64,000 nucleotides of DNA. Source: Fistulifera solaris (Eukaryota). The notes beneath the pieces are model-generated. The model was not told the origin of the DNA. It saw only the letters and a program-made list of their open reading frames with translations, and did no database searches. The position numbers and the translations under genes are program-made. Position 1 is the stretch's first letter. Each line of letters starts with the position of its first letter. Positions 12,774-24,142 of this stretch are shown in pieces. Location of the stretch: assembly GCA_030295235.1 (NCBI GenBank), contig AP026127.1:1426001-1490000 (forward strand), read 5' to 3'.

Positions 12774-13224
12774 GCGACAGAGTTACAGGATACAGTAGAG
12801 GAGACTCGGAGCTCGGAATCTCGGAATGAATCGCAGATCGCAGCTTCATTCTCAGTTATACTTTGGGCTATAGCAAGAGTTACACTTCACCCAGATTTCC
12901 TTCGTTCAACTTTGAACTTCGCTTTTTGCCAAAACTTTTTACATAAGGCTTTTCTGTAAGTGGCGTGGACAGTATTGTAAAAAGAGATTGGGCTTAAAGG
13001 CGAGAATTAAGAATGAATAAAGAAGATTAAAACCTAACGACTAAATGACTAAATGACAAATGACTGTCACATAAAGTTCGGAGTTCGTCGCTCGCTGTTC
13101 GCTCCCAAAAACGTTTTCTCCATTCTCCATGGTTTAATGCCACTGCATGCCACCTCTTTCGCACATTCCTCGTTGCTGGGTGAAAAGCAAGTGCGAGGCT
13201 AACATAGAATTTGTAAGAACTAAA

Positions 13225-13681
13225 ATGGCAGCACAGACGAAAGTAAAAATGGCGAAAAGGGAACAGAAAGGTTTGGTAGTGAATGATGTTACAAAGAGAC
13301 GCTCTTCGGAAAAAGAAAACAGTGTAATCCTTTGGCACGGTTCGAATTCACAAGATTACTCAGGGTGTCGATCCGCCATCGTCGTCACAAGCTCCATCAG
13401 AGTTTTCGGATAGCGGTCTCATAGAAACAGGGCTGTTCTCTTTAGAGACGTACGAGCAGTTTCACAGATGTTCAGATAAACACCTCCATCGAACGCAGCC
13501 TCATCTAATCAAGGCATCAAAAGCAAATCGTCGAGACGTCCAAACGCAATTTAGCACCAAGTTAGCCACTGCATGCAACGCTAAGGGCTTTCGCGACAGG
13601 AAGAAAGAACGTGAAGATTTTCTTGAGCTTCTTATAAAGAACGATCATTCTCCTCATCAGAGTATCACCCGAAGCCCTTGA
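13225..13681 (+). CDS. Short paralogue of 11235-12101 (frameshifted at ~13326, or a pseudogene)
   Basis: Manual translation from 13328 gives SFGTVRIHKITQGVDPPSSSQAPSEFSDSGLIETGLFSLETYE, matching SFGLVRTHKICQGIDPPSNHALTESTDCDLTESELCSIEIYE. The frame is open to TGA 13679-13681. Confidence 0.6.
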
Positions 13682-14301
13682 GATTGGAGACGGCACAAAT
13701 TGCCAAGCGATACCTGCACGATCGATTTAATTTTGTATCTCTTAACGTAGCTCCTTGTACTTAGTCTTGTTTCGCTGAATATCTTCATTTGATCGTTTCT
13801 GCTTCAATTTTTTCGTCGAGAACCATCCCTTGACACACTTTTGACTCTCGATGAATATGATGAGAAAGGAATACGTAAAATGTGTGACGTTTTGAACGGA
13901 AATTTAAACCGTTGTATGTTTACCCGGTACTCCGAATTATCTGGTGCTAAAAAAAGACCCGCACTAAAACAGTAAATGAGTGCTTCTAAGTATTCGAATA
14001 CATAAGGATTTTTTTTGACAGTGGGAAAGTAGAACTACGTATGCAACTCCCCCGGTAAAGTTCAAACGATGAAAAACCAACGGATCAACATCCGTTTCAT
14101 CAAAACAACGGCCACATCAAACAGTTGGCCTGTATTCCCAACCGAAGTAAGAGGAAATCGTACGAATTTGGAGAAAAGTAGACTCTTCCACAGGATCCGA
14201 GGATTGCTTTTGAGCAAACACGCAATCACTTCCACAAGCGATTAACTCATCCAACCAGGTCTTCTGCTATGATTCGTCCAACGAGCGGAGCTAGAAGCGC
14301 C

Positions 14302-15688
14302 ATGACGCGAATCTCTCTTTTCTGGCTTTTTAATGTGCGTAGTCTCCGCGACGAAGCATAAGATGGACATCATCCTTAAGTCTTACGAAGATTATTTTAT
14401 CGAAGCAGAAACAATAAAGGTTCCGGGACGAATCGATTTCCGACATCTCATCTTCGCCGTCGGTAATTCAAACACCGACGACGCCGTATTCTACGGTACT
14501 GACGACGCAGTCAATGCAACTGACGACGGCGGAAACGCTTATTATCAAAATGCGAGCATTTTAATCGAAGCGGTGGTCTTATCATGTGGAGATCTCGATA
14601 GAGCGACTTGCTTGCAACAGTACAACGGAATTGGTGAACAAATAAACAACAACCTCTACATCTGTTGCACGGCAGAGGCATTGGCAGCCGGAGCTTGTGA
14701 GGAACAAGGCCGTTTGATTTTGAACGACTACTTTGACGGTCAATTGATTTATGTTGAACTGTCTCCAGGAAACTCGGGATATTTGGACACGAAGTTCGTT
14801 TACCCATCGGGAACGGGGTCAAGCGCGGTGCTTTTCGCAAATTGCAACGAAGAGTATCCGATAAGTGTAAAAGGTTACTTGGGCTTCAAGTCGAGCTATG
14901 GGTATCTTACTGTGGTCTCATGGCGATTTTCCTGGGTCACGCATGCGATGACTCTGATCATAGGTGGAGCTCTTGCCTGGTTTCTTCAACAACGTCGTTC
15001 CAAGCTTTCAGATCACGCCATTAGTGCAACACTGTTGCTCGCTTTCCTTGAAAGTTTGATGCAGAGCATATGCTTCATCATCGCTAATGTTTCAGGCGTC
15101 GAACCGGCAATAATCACGGAAATTCGTGAGTTTATCCACGGCTGCAAATACGGAGTCGGAAACACACTCATGTTACTAATCTCTTTCGGTTGGGACCAAC
15201 ACGACGACAATACCAACCTGATTCCAGTGTATACAATCTGCTCTTTGGGAGCGTTGTACACTCTCATCCTTCTTATTCCTAGCCTTCGACACCCAGCGGT
15301 GGTAGGTCAACTGTTAGGATTCATGTTCCTTGTGTGGGCAGTCAAAGCAACCACAAGGATGATCGATCGGTTTAAGGTACTCGACAAGGAGAAAATGAAC
15401 CGCTTTACTTTACTGCGGGGTGTTTTCGCTTTCTCGCTTTTGCTTAATGTCGGGTTACTTATCGTTTACTGCATCAAATGGAGCAAGAGCAAGAATGCCG
15501 ATGAAATGGAGACTCTACATCGAGGCGTTTACACCGTCCGTCAAGCCGTATTTGTTTGTGTGATTCTATCCATTGGAATCATACTAAAACCACAGAGTGA
15601 GCCCTTACTCAAGGACTTCGATGATCCGGTGGTGACTCTTTCTGGTCAAGATGAAGAAGACTCGGACGCAAGTGATTTGTCGGCTTGA
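14302..15688 (+). CDS. TMEM87/GOST (lung 7TM)-like membrane protein; signal peptide split by an indel in the T5 run at 14327-14331
   Basis: Luminal domain CCTAEALAAGACEEQGRL...LFANCN...F+SSYGYL followed by about 6-7 hydrophobic helices. Confidence 0.7.
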
Positions 15689-15797
15689 TCTTGAGAATAT
15701 CAATCGAAATGTTTGTACTAATAATTGAAAATACCATGTTTACAAGATTTCATTATGAAGAAAATACATTGGATTGTAGGTCATTTCATCATTGTTT

Positions 15798-17231
15798 TTA
15801 AGGATCTATTCCTCTTTTGTAACAATCAATCTCTTGACTATCGTTATCCATACCATTATTTCCATAGAGGAGCGCTTCATTATGAGGGCGAACTAGATAT
15901 CCTAGCGCCACAATCATAGCCAAGTTCATGAACTGCTGTATGGTGAGAAAACATTGTTGCGTAGCATCATTCTTCTTGGCCGAAAACAAATAGAAAAAGC
16001 AAACTAAACAGCTGAGGCAAATGAACAAGACGAATAGTGCCCGCATGAAGGACCACCGACGAAACAATTCTTCGTCTTTGTGGCGTAGCTTGTGTAGTGT
16101 CGTCATGTTTACTTGTAGAGCCCAAGAAGCGAAAGCAACTCGTAGAAACTCCCCAACTAAGAAGTGATTGCCCGATATGGGCAATAAGCAGAGAATAGCG
16201 GCACATAGGCCTCCAAGCAGACATATACTGTGAAGTGGAATAGATGTGTACACCTTTTCCAGACAGCGCCATCCAAAAGCAGCGAGCACCATGAATGCGT
16301 TGACCAGACCCAAGGCTAAAACATTGAAAGTCAGATAAATGTGATATAAAGTATCGGGTCTCACTCCTGTCACGTTGTATTTCACATAATACAGACTCAG
16401 CACGACACTCTGAACGGACGCCATTGCTATCGCACTGATTTGGATTGTGACAATGCTTCGACGAACATTTTGTCGACAGAACCAAGCAAGTATACTTGCA
16501 GTCGTGAAAGTAAAGACATGCGCGATCCATGAAACTTTCCAGTCACTGTTTGGCAAGTATCCGTATCGAGATCGAAATCTTAGTTCGCCCTTCGTCAAAA
16601 TTGGAATGCCGTCTTGATTGCAGTTCGCTAGGACCACCGTGTAAACCCCAGATTGTTTCACGTAACGGATAGGATTATTGATCGTGTAGGTGTTATCGTT
16701 GTTACTTGTTGAAACGATATCGAACCATTGTCCCGAAAATACAGTATCGTCGACCACTAAACGCCCTTTTTCCGCGCACACCCCTGCATTTATGGCATCC
16801 GCGGTGCAGCACCGGTAATTCGTTCCATCTTCTTCGGAATACTTGCCAATACCCAGTTGTTGCAGATTACAGATTGAGTCGGCGCCGCTACTTTGTGTCA
16901 CTGCGGATCCACCATACAGCAACGCTACTTCGACTGACGTTTCGCTGGATCGGTAGTCCTCCTCGTTGTTGTTTTCATTCACATTATAGGCATCATCGGT
17001 CGCTTGCGAGTAATAATATGGATTTCGGTTCATGTTGGAAAAGACAAGTTGCGATAAATCAATCGTCCCTGGCGCTTGGATCGCTTGTGACACGGAAAAC
17101 AGAAATCGCTCCGTATCATCCGGATCCAGTTCACGATTGATCGTTTGTTGAGTAGCCAACACGCCTGGAGCCGAAAGCATGAAGGCTAATCCAGTTATAA
17201 GGATACGTTTCGCAATACTTGGATATCTCAT
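15798..17231 (-). CDS. TMEM87/GOST-like membrane protein, paralogue of 14302-15688
   Basis: Signal peptide after MRYPS. Motifs CCTADAINAGVCAEKGRL, SGVYTVVLANCN and FRSRYGYLP, then multiple TM helices. Confidence 0.75.
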   Translation of the reverse strand: MRYPSIAKRILITGLAFMLSAPGVLATQQTINRELDPDDTERFLFSVSQAIQAPGTIDLSQLVFSNMNRNPYYYSQATDDAYNVNENNNEEDYRSSETSVEVALLYGGSAVTQSSGADSICNLQQLGIGKYSEEDGTNYRCCTADAINAGVCAEKGRLVVDDTVFSGQWFDIVSTSNNDNTYTINNPIRYVKQSGVYTVVLANCNQDGIPILTKGELRFRSRYGYLPNSDWKVSWIAHVFTFTTASILAWFCRQNVRRSIVTIQISAIAMASVQSVVLSLYYVKYNVTGVRPDTLYHIYLTFNVLALGLVNAFMVLAAFGWRCLEKVYTSIPLHSICLLGGLCAAILCLLPISGNHFLVGEFLRVAFASWALQVNMTTLHKLRHKDEELFRRWSFMRALFVLFICLSCLVCFFYLFSAKKNDATQQCFLTIQQFMNLAMIVALGYLVRPHNEALLYGNNGMDNDSQEIDCYKRGIDP

Positions 17232-18079
17232 CGTTCTTGTCCCTTCATTTCCCCCCACCTGGTAAGGATTACTTCGAATGGAATGGGTCGAAAATGTGGA
17301 GAGTTCGCGTTTCGCGTTCATGTCGTGTGCGAGAAATTTGTGTCGCTGATGAAAAAAGATTCTACTATTTACTGATATATAGTTGATTTCAACGGCTCCA
17401 ATTGGCGGGCCGTCTTATCTGTGGAGTACCGGATTGTAACCGTTGTAAGTTTACTTAGACGACGTTGGGGGGATTTTTACTCACAACTTTGGACAATCAA
17501 ATTTCTTCGTTGTGCTTCATCTTCCTTCAGGTCTTTCTTCCATTTGTCGACACTAGCTCAGCAGGCATGCTAAGCATTTCCTGCTCTGCAATTTTGGGCG
17601 GCTCTATATTACTGGAATATCAAGCGCCGTAGACTGCATGTGGAAAGATGCCGTTAAACGCGCAAAGTCGACAATATCAATTCGATACAATGGAACAGTT
17701 TCTTGCACTAAGGTACCGGCAGCTTGGTAAAATGAAATACGCTTGTAGTGCAGTCTCAAATACAGAAGTTAAAGAAGCGATCAGAGTGTTTTAGTTCACA
17801 AGATCCAGTGGGTGTCTTTCGTGTATACACTTTGAGAAATAACTGCGATGGTGCTACTAGTCTAAAGTCCCGGGCATGCTTCTTAACCCACTTTTCCCAG
17901 ACTGTCGATCAATAATCGAGTCTTTCATCGGGCGGATAGGCTAGTTGATGGCGATGTCAAGAATTAGACATGGACAAAAGCAACAAAAATCATTCAGAAT
18001 TTTTGATACTAAGCTTCATGATCAAAAGTATCTGAATTACTTGCTTATGACCAATGAAATCACAAAACGCGCTTCAAGA

Positions 18080-18132
18080 TAGACTCTGTCGGTTCACAGC
18101 ATCTTGTTGACGCTGGTCATTCACAATGCCTA
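18080..18132 (-). promoter_or_regulatory. Candidate SECIS element in the 3' UTR of the DsbA-like gene
   Basis: Minus strand reads taggc-att-GTGA-a-tgaccagcgtc-AA-caa-gatgctgtgaacc-GA-caga-gtcta. cagcgtc/gatgctg and taggc/gtcta pair. The lower helix II is imperfect, and it was folded by eye only. Confidence 0.35.
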
Positions 18133-18208
18133 ACTTTCTTTTCTCATTTTTGTGAAATTACAGTTCGACAAAAGCAATCGTCGTAAATACACCCTGAACG
18201 AAATGTTC

Positions 18209-18904
18209 TTATTTCGTCGAAGCTTTTGACGCTTTCTGCAGCAAATCGGCAATAAAAGAAATCGGATACGCTCCCGAGAAGGCTGTAGGTTCGTCATCAT
18301 CCTCGTCTTCATCTGCCCCGTAGATCATGAAAAAGGGCACACCGGACACACCCAAATTCTGTTTGACATGACGGTCTTTTTGTAGAATCAAAGTACTGGG
18401 CACTTCTACCATCGCACGTTGCACATCGTCTTCGGAAATGGAAACATCGTTAGCTACTTGCACCAAGGTCTCCAATTTGGATATATCTTGCGCTTGCACA
18501 AAGTACCGTTCGTACAATTGCTCCATGAGTGCATTCGCTTTATCATTTCCGTAATTTTCCTTGACAAACTCCATCAACTGATGTGCTTGAATCGTATTGA
18601 CCATGCGTCGCTTGTTATTGAAGTGAATTCCTACGGCTTCGCCCATTAATTTCAAACGACTTTTCGGATCGTGTAACATTTGTCGAGCACTGGGACCGTA
18701 CTTTTGTACGAGATGCTCTTCCATATCTTGTCCTTCTAATGACATGTTTGGATTTAACAAGAACGGTTCCCACGAAAGGGCAATGGGAATTTGCGTCTGT
18801 TGACTAGCGGCTTGCAAGTGACGCAAACCGACAAAACAGAACGGTCAGACAATATCACTAATGATTTTGACTGTTACAGCGGCAAATGCTTTCTTGGGTG
18901 TCAT
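18209..18904 (-). CDS. DsbA/FrnE-like thioredoxin-fold oxidoreductase, putative selenoprotein (UGA = Sec at codon 20), 231 aa
   Basis: ATG 18904 gives MTPKKAFAAVTVKIISDIV-[TGA 18847-18845]-PFCFVGLRHL, in frame with ORF 18209-18826. Also WEPFLLNP, NTIQAHQL, GVSGVPFF and FSGAYP. Confidence 0.88.
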
Positions 18905-19104
18905 CTTGTTGCGTGTCTTTGTAGATGAACGACTAAATACCAGTACACAGAAGACTCGATGAAATGAATGAATTGCAATGAAGTCGATAGAGTTAGAGGG
19001 GGCCTCTACTCGTCATCGCCGCGCCACTTCTTTCCTTCTATTATTTTTGTTCGATTGTGTTCGCGGCGTTCGTCCGCATGCTTGCGTCTTGGAGGGCGTT
19101 CAAT

Positions 19105-19747
19105 GTTTTTCCGTTCCCAGAAAACCTGGGTAGGAGGTGTTTCACGTATCCAGACTCCGGACAATCTGGACTATATGCCGTTTTCAAGCTCCCAGAAAAT
19201 CTGAGTAGCTGCTACTCACTCAGGGTGATTGATTCATGTCTCATGACTGAAATAAAGTCGTGGTTCGCTTGAACTATCACATTGGGTCTATAGTAAATAA
19301 AGGAGACAACGTTACGGAAGGCTCATCGACGTAAAATATAGTGACGTGTAATTCAAACGCTGCACAAGCCAATGTTATTGCAGCAACGACAAACGGAGCT
19401 CAAGATATTTTGCTGAACAAACGAATTGCAGGCAGTATTGTCACTCGAAAGAATTTTTATTTTATTTACTGAAATAAAGTCGTGGTTCGCTTGAACCATC
19501 ACATTGGGTCTATAGTAAATACAGGAGACAACGTTACGGAAGGCTCCTCGACGTAAAATATAGTGACGTGTAATTCAAACGCTGCACAAGCCAATGTTAT
19601 TGCAGCAACGACAGATGGAGCTCAAGATATTTTGCTGAACAAACGAATTGTAGGCAGTATTGTCACTCGGAAGAATATTGACTCATGACTGAAGTGCAGT
19701 CTTGGTTCGCTTGAACTTTCACATTGGATCTATAGTAAATACAGGAT
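19105..19747 (+). repeat. CCAGA hairpin cluster (19105-19205) followed by 2.3 tandem copies of a 220-222-bp unit (19245-19747)
   Basis: ACTGAA...GTC.TGGTTCGCTTGAAC recurs at 19246, 19468 and 19688. Hairpins include cccagaaaacctggg. Confidence 0.92.
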
Positions 19748-19833
19748 AAAAACAGAAACAACAACGAAACACACGAGGTACCAGGTATATCCATTATAGA
19801 TCTATATTCATACTATTTTATTCCCTTTGAACA

Positions 19834-22808
19834 ATGAACACAACAACTTCTATTGATGCAGATTTCAAGCGGCGTATTGAGGGGGGCTTGAAGACCGTTC
19901 AAGCGTGGGAAGATCCTCAATTACTAGCGGATTGTCGTGCTACCATTCCTTGGGAGGATTTGAAGAAAGATGACGGACCTTTCTCCGATGAAAACGATTC
20001 CTTCCAGCATTCATCTTACTCGATCATCTTCTTTCAACGATTGTGTCGTTACTTTAAGAGCGGTATGACTTGGATCAATCAACCGATGTGTCCGCAATGT
20101 CAAACGACCGACCATGTAAAATTCGTTCGCACGCGAGGGCCAGAAACACAAACAGAAATACAAGGAAAAGCCTCGCGAGTCGAAGTCTGTCAATGCACGT
20201 CATGCCAAAATGAGAACCACATTGCATTCCCACGATACAATTGCCCGCGAACGTTGTTACAGACACGACAAGGTCGATGCGGAGAATACGCCAATTTGTT
20301 TGGCTTGTATTGTCGAGCCGTCGGATATCATACTCGCTACATCTTGGACATGACAGATCATGTCTGGATTGAAGTGTGTATACCCAACAATCATCGCGGT
20401 CAGTGTGATTACTACTATTGCATGGGAGATGGTTGTGAAGGTGTCGTCAATGAACCTAGTATGTACGAAGCTGGTTGGGGGAAACAATTGTCGTACATTC
20501 TCGCCATTACACCATCCTACGTGATGGATGTGACTCCTCGATACACGCGACAATTTGCTTCTCACGACTTTTTGGCGAGGCGGCGTGCCATTACGTCGTC
20601 CGAAGATGCAGGACAAGCTGTCATTCAACAAATCAGTGCAACGTTGTTGAGCAAACTGTCTTCGGTGAAACAAAAACAGTCGATTCAAAAACAATGTCGG
20701 CAAGAGGAGGAACTCTTGTCATCCCACAAACGACTGACAGAATGGACCAAGGAAAGCAATTTGTATCATCAAGGGCGAATTAGTGGAGCGACGGAATGGA
20801 AAGTGGCCCGTGGAGAAGCTGGAACGTCATCATGCGCAGACGGGAACTCAGAACTGAAGGACGACAAAAATCAACAACTACAACACTCGACGGAGTATTC
20901 GATTCAAACGTTTTTGCCGTCGCTACACCTCACGCAAGCGTATATTGCGATCCTTCCGCGTCCTCCACTTGCTCAACGCACACAAGCTATTGTCGTCTCG
21001 GGAGCTGCCTGTGCGATGGGAATACCAAATCAACTATCCGCGGTTGTTGTAGATCCACAAACGGGTACTATACTGCAGTCAAAATCCTTTGTTTCGTTAC
21101 AACATTTGGAAGTCTTTGTCGTTAATCTTCCCGCGACGCTCATATTGGTGGTACATGGTCAGTTGTTAAAAGTGAAGAATGGAGACAGAACAAATCTATT
21201 GAACATGCAGCACCGCCTTCCGCTCTGGAAAAGCGACCATGTTTGGGATGGAGGGATAATTTATGTTGGTGTGGTGGGACAAACGTCGGCAAATGCAACC
21301 CCATGGACGGTGTGTGCGAAAATTAGTGACACTATCGATCCCTTCATCTTGCAATGGAATTCGACTGCTTCGGTACCGGACTTGAAATTGCGGATCCATC
21401 GGTCAACGCGACCGAACGCAGTAACAGGCCGATTGCCCGACTCGTATCTTCCCCCTGGCGAAGCAAGTCACAGCAACGTTTGCTCAAAAGCAAGCAGCAT
21501 TCGAATTGTTTGTCTCGGCTTCATCGACAACGTCGCCGAAATCGGGGCAGGGTACCTCAATAGTGGGTTTTTGCACGAAACCTGGTGCCCCGATCTATTT
21601 GATCGGTGCTGGCTCGTATCCATTGCAGCCCACTTCTGACGAATGGGTGACGTTTGTGCTACTGCCCGCATGGTTGGTCCCTGCGAATGATTGTAAAAAT
21701 GGAGCAGCGGCGTTGGATCCTGTCCCAGTATCACCATCACTCTCATATGAAGTGCCTTTGGACGTCAATCAATTTGTCGAGCGACTGGGACCGCAACTGC
21801 TGGTGAACACGAATCAGCCGATACCGACGGACGTCGCCTTGCAAAGAAAAAAATCCTCGATTGATTGCGTTGTACTTTTCCTCTCATTGGTGTGGTCGTA
21901 AGTAATCAAATGAATGTCACTGCTGCTCTGTTTTAGCCCCTCACATTTTGATCGTTTTTCGTAAAGCATGTCGCTCTTTCACTCCAATGCTGATTGAATT
22001 CTATAGTGTTTTGAACGAAGCGTTTCCAACACACGGACTCGAAATTGTGTTTGTCAGCTCCGATCGTGATGTCCCTAGTTTCCAGCATTATCACGCGACA
22101 ATGCCGTGGACGGCTATTCCCTTTGAACCAGCTTTGCAGCATTTGAAGTCAACGCTTTCGTTTCAATTTGGCGTACAGGGAATTCCCTCGCTGGTAATTC
22201 TGGATGCGATTTCGGGGGCAGTTGTCGTGGATGCTCGGAATAGTCGAGGCGAAGTTCAACAATGTTGCCGGCTCGGAGATGACGCGATCGTCAAACAATT
22301 CCAAGAATGGTTGAACCTGCTACCGTCAGAAAGCCGAGAGATCTTAGATTTACTGCAAGCATCCTGCCATGATACGCAGGTAGCGCCCACTCTTGAGGAC
22401 GGATGCCATGACAATGCCGTGATGATTAAGTACGTGTTTCATGAAAATAACATGGATATGCTAGAGACATGTTTGAGTCGTCGCGGGCAACCTATCACTG
22501 AGGAAGACTGGGAGTCGCAATGGCGCGCCTCATCGAAAGACGATTGGAGGATTGTGGTCAAAACAGCACTGCAGTATGTCGTTAATGCCCGCCGAGAACC
22601 ATGGAACCCGAAGTTCCGCATTTTTCACTGGAGCAACGCGGTAGCCGATCGCATAAATGGTGTCATGTACGGCTTAGAATGGTGGTGTCGACAAGGTTTG
22701 GAAGTTTATAGCAGTCGAGACGACTATGTTGCTTGGATTCCAGTACACGTCGATTTGGAAGTATTGCATGCTCGGTGGTCTGCTTTGCTGGAAGATGGAA
22801 CGCAATAG
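19834..22808 (+). CDS. PNG1: Peptide:N-glycanase (PNG1/NGLY1-like) multidomain fusion. +1 indels at 21451-21455 and 21847-21853; intron 21898-21966
   Basis: Zn ligands CPQC and CTSC, FPRYN, GRCGEYAN, DHVWIEV, MYEAGWGKQLSY, DVTPRY and QGRISG. The spliced segment gives LYFSSHWCG-P-CRSFTP, then EIVFVSSDRD, MPWTAIPF and GIPSLVILD. The C-terminus has NARREPWNPKFR. Confidence 0.82.
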
Positions 22809-22862
22809 GACGCGTTAAAGTATTACTTGAAACAAGTGGTTTATGAAAGTGTGTTGAATAAT

Positions 22863-23864
22863 CTATTTACACTGTTTGACTTGTGTCCCTTTTGGATGCT
22901 TCATCCAAAGAACTCTTGCTGAAACATTGTACGTTTGATCTTCTTCTACGAGAATTCCCGATCCAGTGAAATCGTTTAATCGCCGTTCCTCCCACGCCAA
23001 TGGAGTTGACGTGTTGTTACATTGACTGCCAGTGTCGAGCGGTGAAATCATTTCTATGAAGTCGTGCACCAATCGTTGCGAATCCGTTATCAGGACATCA
23101 CTGCCGTGATTGTATGATTCTCGACATCTTCGCGCAACCTCTTCCGCCAGTTGTGGATTGTACAAAACATCTGCTACGATCGTAAGACTCACAGTTTGCA
23201 AGAACGGCAATGGTGTTTGTCGATCACACAAATCAAAGACAATCGGTTTCACTACATGTGACAGATGCGACGGAATACCATATTGCAGTAGCTGCAGTGT
23301 TGTGGGATGCACATCGAGTGCATAGACACGTGCTGCTCCCAATTGCGCCGCTACTTGCACTTCTAAACCGACACCCGATCCCAAGACCAGGACGGTCGCA
23401 TTTCGAAGGAATTGGTTGTGTCGTAGCAATTCACGTGCTGCCACTACAGCGCCAGGCCAGGTAATGAGACCAAAGGGATCCAGTACATTTGCATTTGCTT
23501 CTTTGAGTAACTGTTTCTTTTGTGAATTGCTCTGTTGCTGTAATTGTTCTTCATGTGAAGACCAATAATCCTCGACGAGAGGCGCCGGTGTTTCCCATTC
23601 CCAAACGGTAACATTCCATTCCTTCGTGATGGGCACAGTCCGTGAAACAATCGCTACCTTTGTTGCAGGATTTGCAAGCGAAGAAATGTAATGTCGTTTT
23701 CGTTCGGCTAGTTGTGTTACTGGGGATCTTCTCGTTTTTGCAAGAGGCAAGCAACGATGTACGCTCCGATAGAACCAAATATGCGATGAAATCCACCAAG
23801 CTCGCGTCAGACAAGCTGGGAAGAAGAAAAGCAGTATGTTGAGCGCTTTAGAGAAAGAAGGCAT
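22863..23864 (-). CDS. Methyltransf_16-family (METTL21/ETFBKMT-like) SAM-dependent protein methyltransferase with presequence
   Basis: DPFGLITWPGA, motif I VLVLGSGVGL, post-I ALDVHP and motif II IVADVLYN. Confidence 0.82.
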   Translation of the reverse strand: MPSFSKALNILLFFFPACLTRAWWISSHIWFYRSVHRCLPLAKTRRSPVTQLAERKRHYISSLANPATKVAIVSRTVPITKEWNVTVWEWETPAPLVEDYWSSHEEQLQQQSNSQKKQLLKEANANVLDPFGLITWPGAVVAARELLRHNQFLRNATVLVLGSGVGLEVQVAAQLGAARVYALDVHPTTLQLLQYGIPSHLSHVVKPIVFDLCDRQTPLPFLQTVSLTIVADVLYNPQLAEEVARRCRESYNHGSDVLITDSQRLVHDFIEMISPLDTGSQCNNTSTPLAWEERRLNDFTGSGILVEEDQTYNVSARVLWMKHPKGTQVKQCK

Positions 23865-23964
23865 CCCAACATTGACTGAAGAAGCATCGAATGCTTCTCA
23901 AAGTTCGATAAAAATAAAGAAACATTTTATGCCGCTGCTTTCCTTCCGTTTTCTTATCATTTTT

Positions 23965-24142
23965 CATTTCCCGTGACCAGAAAATGTGGGGGTGTGTTAT
24001 TTTCACGTACCCAGAAAATGTGGTGGAGTGCTATTTTGACGTCACCAGAAAATGTGAGCGTGTGTTATTTTCACGTCACCAGAAAATGTGGTCTGGGTGA
24101 ATTTTCACGTGTCCAGAAAATGTGGGAGTGTGCTATTTTTCC
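23965..24142 (+). repeat. Five tandem ~34-bp units, consensus ATTTTCACGTNNCCAGAAAATGTGGG
   Basis: Units at ~23973, 24007, 24041, 24075 and 24108. Same motif as 6875-7285. Confidence 0.9.

Noticed and set aside
19300..19440. Minus-strand peptide APFVVAAITLACAAFELHVTIFYVDEP in the 221-bp unit as a relic of a transposon protein
   Set aside because: It is short, interrupted by stops and indels in other copies, and has no recognisable catalytic motif.
23965..24142. CRISPR-like appearance of regularly spaced CCAGAAAATGTGG repeats (also 6875-7285)
   Set aside because: The period is only ~34 bp with ~9-nt mutually similar linkers, the repeats are degenerate, there are no cas genes and the context is eukaryotic. 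It is a minisatellite.
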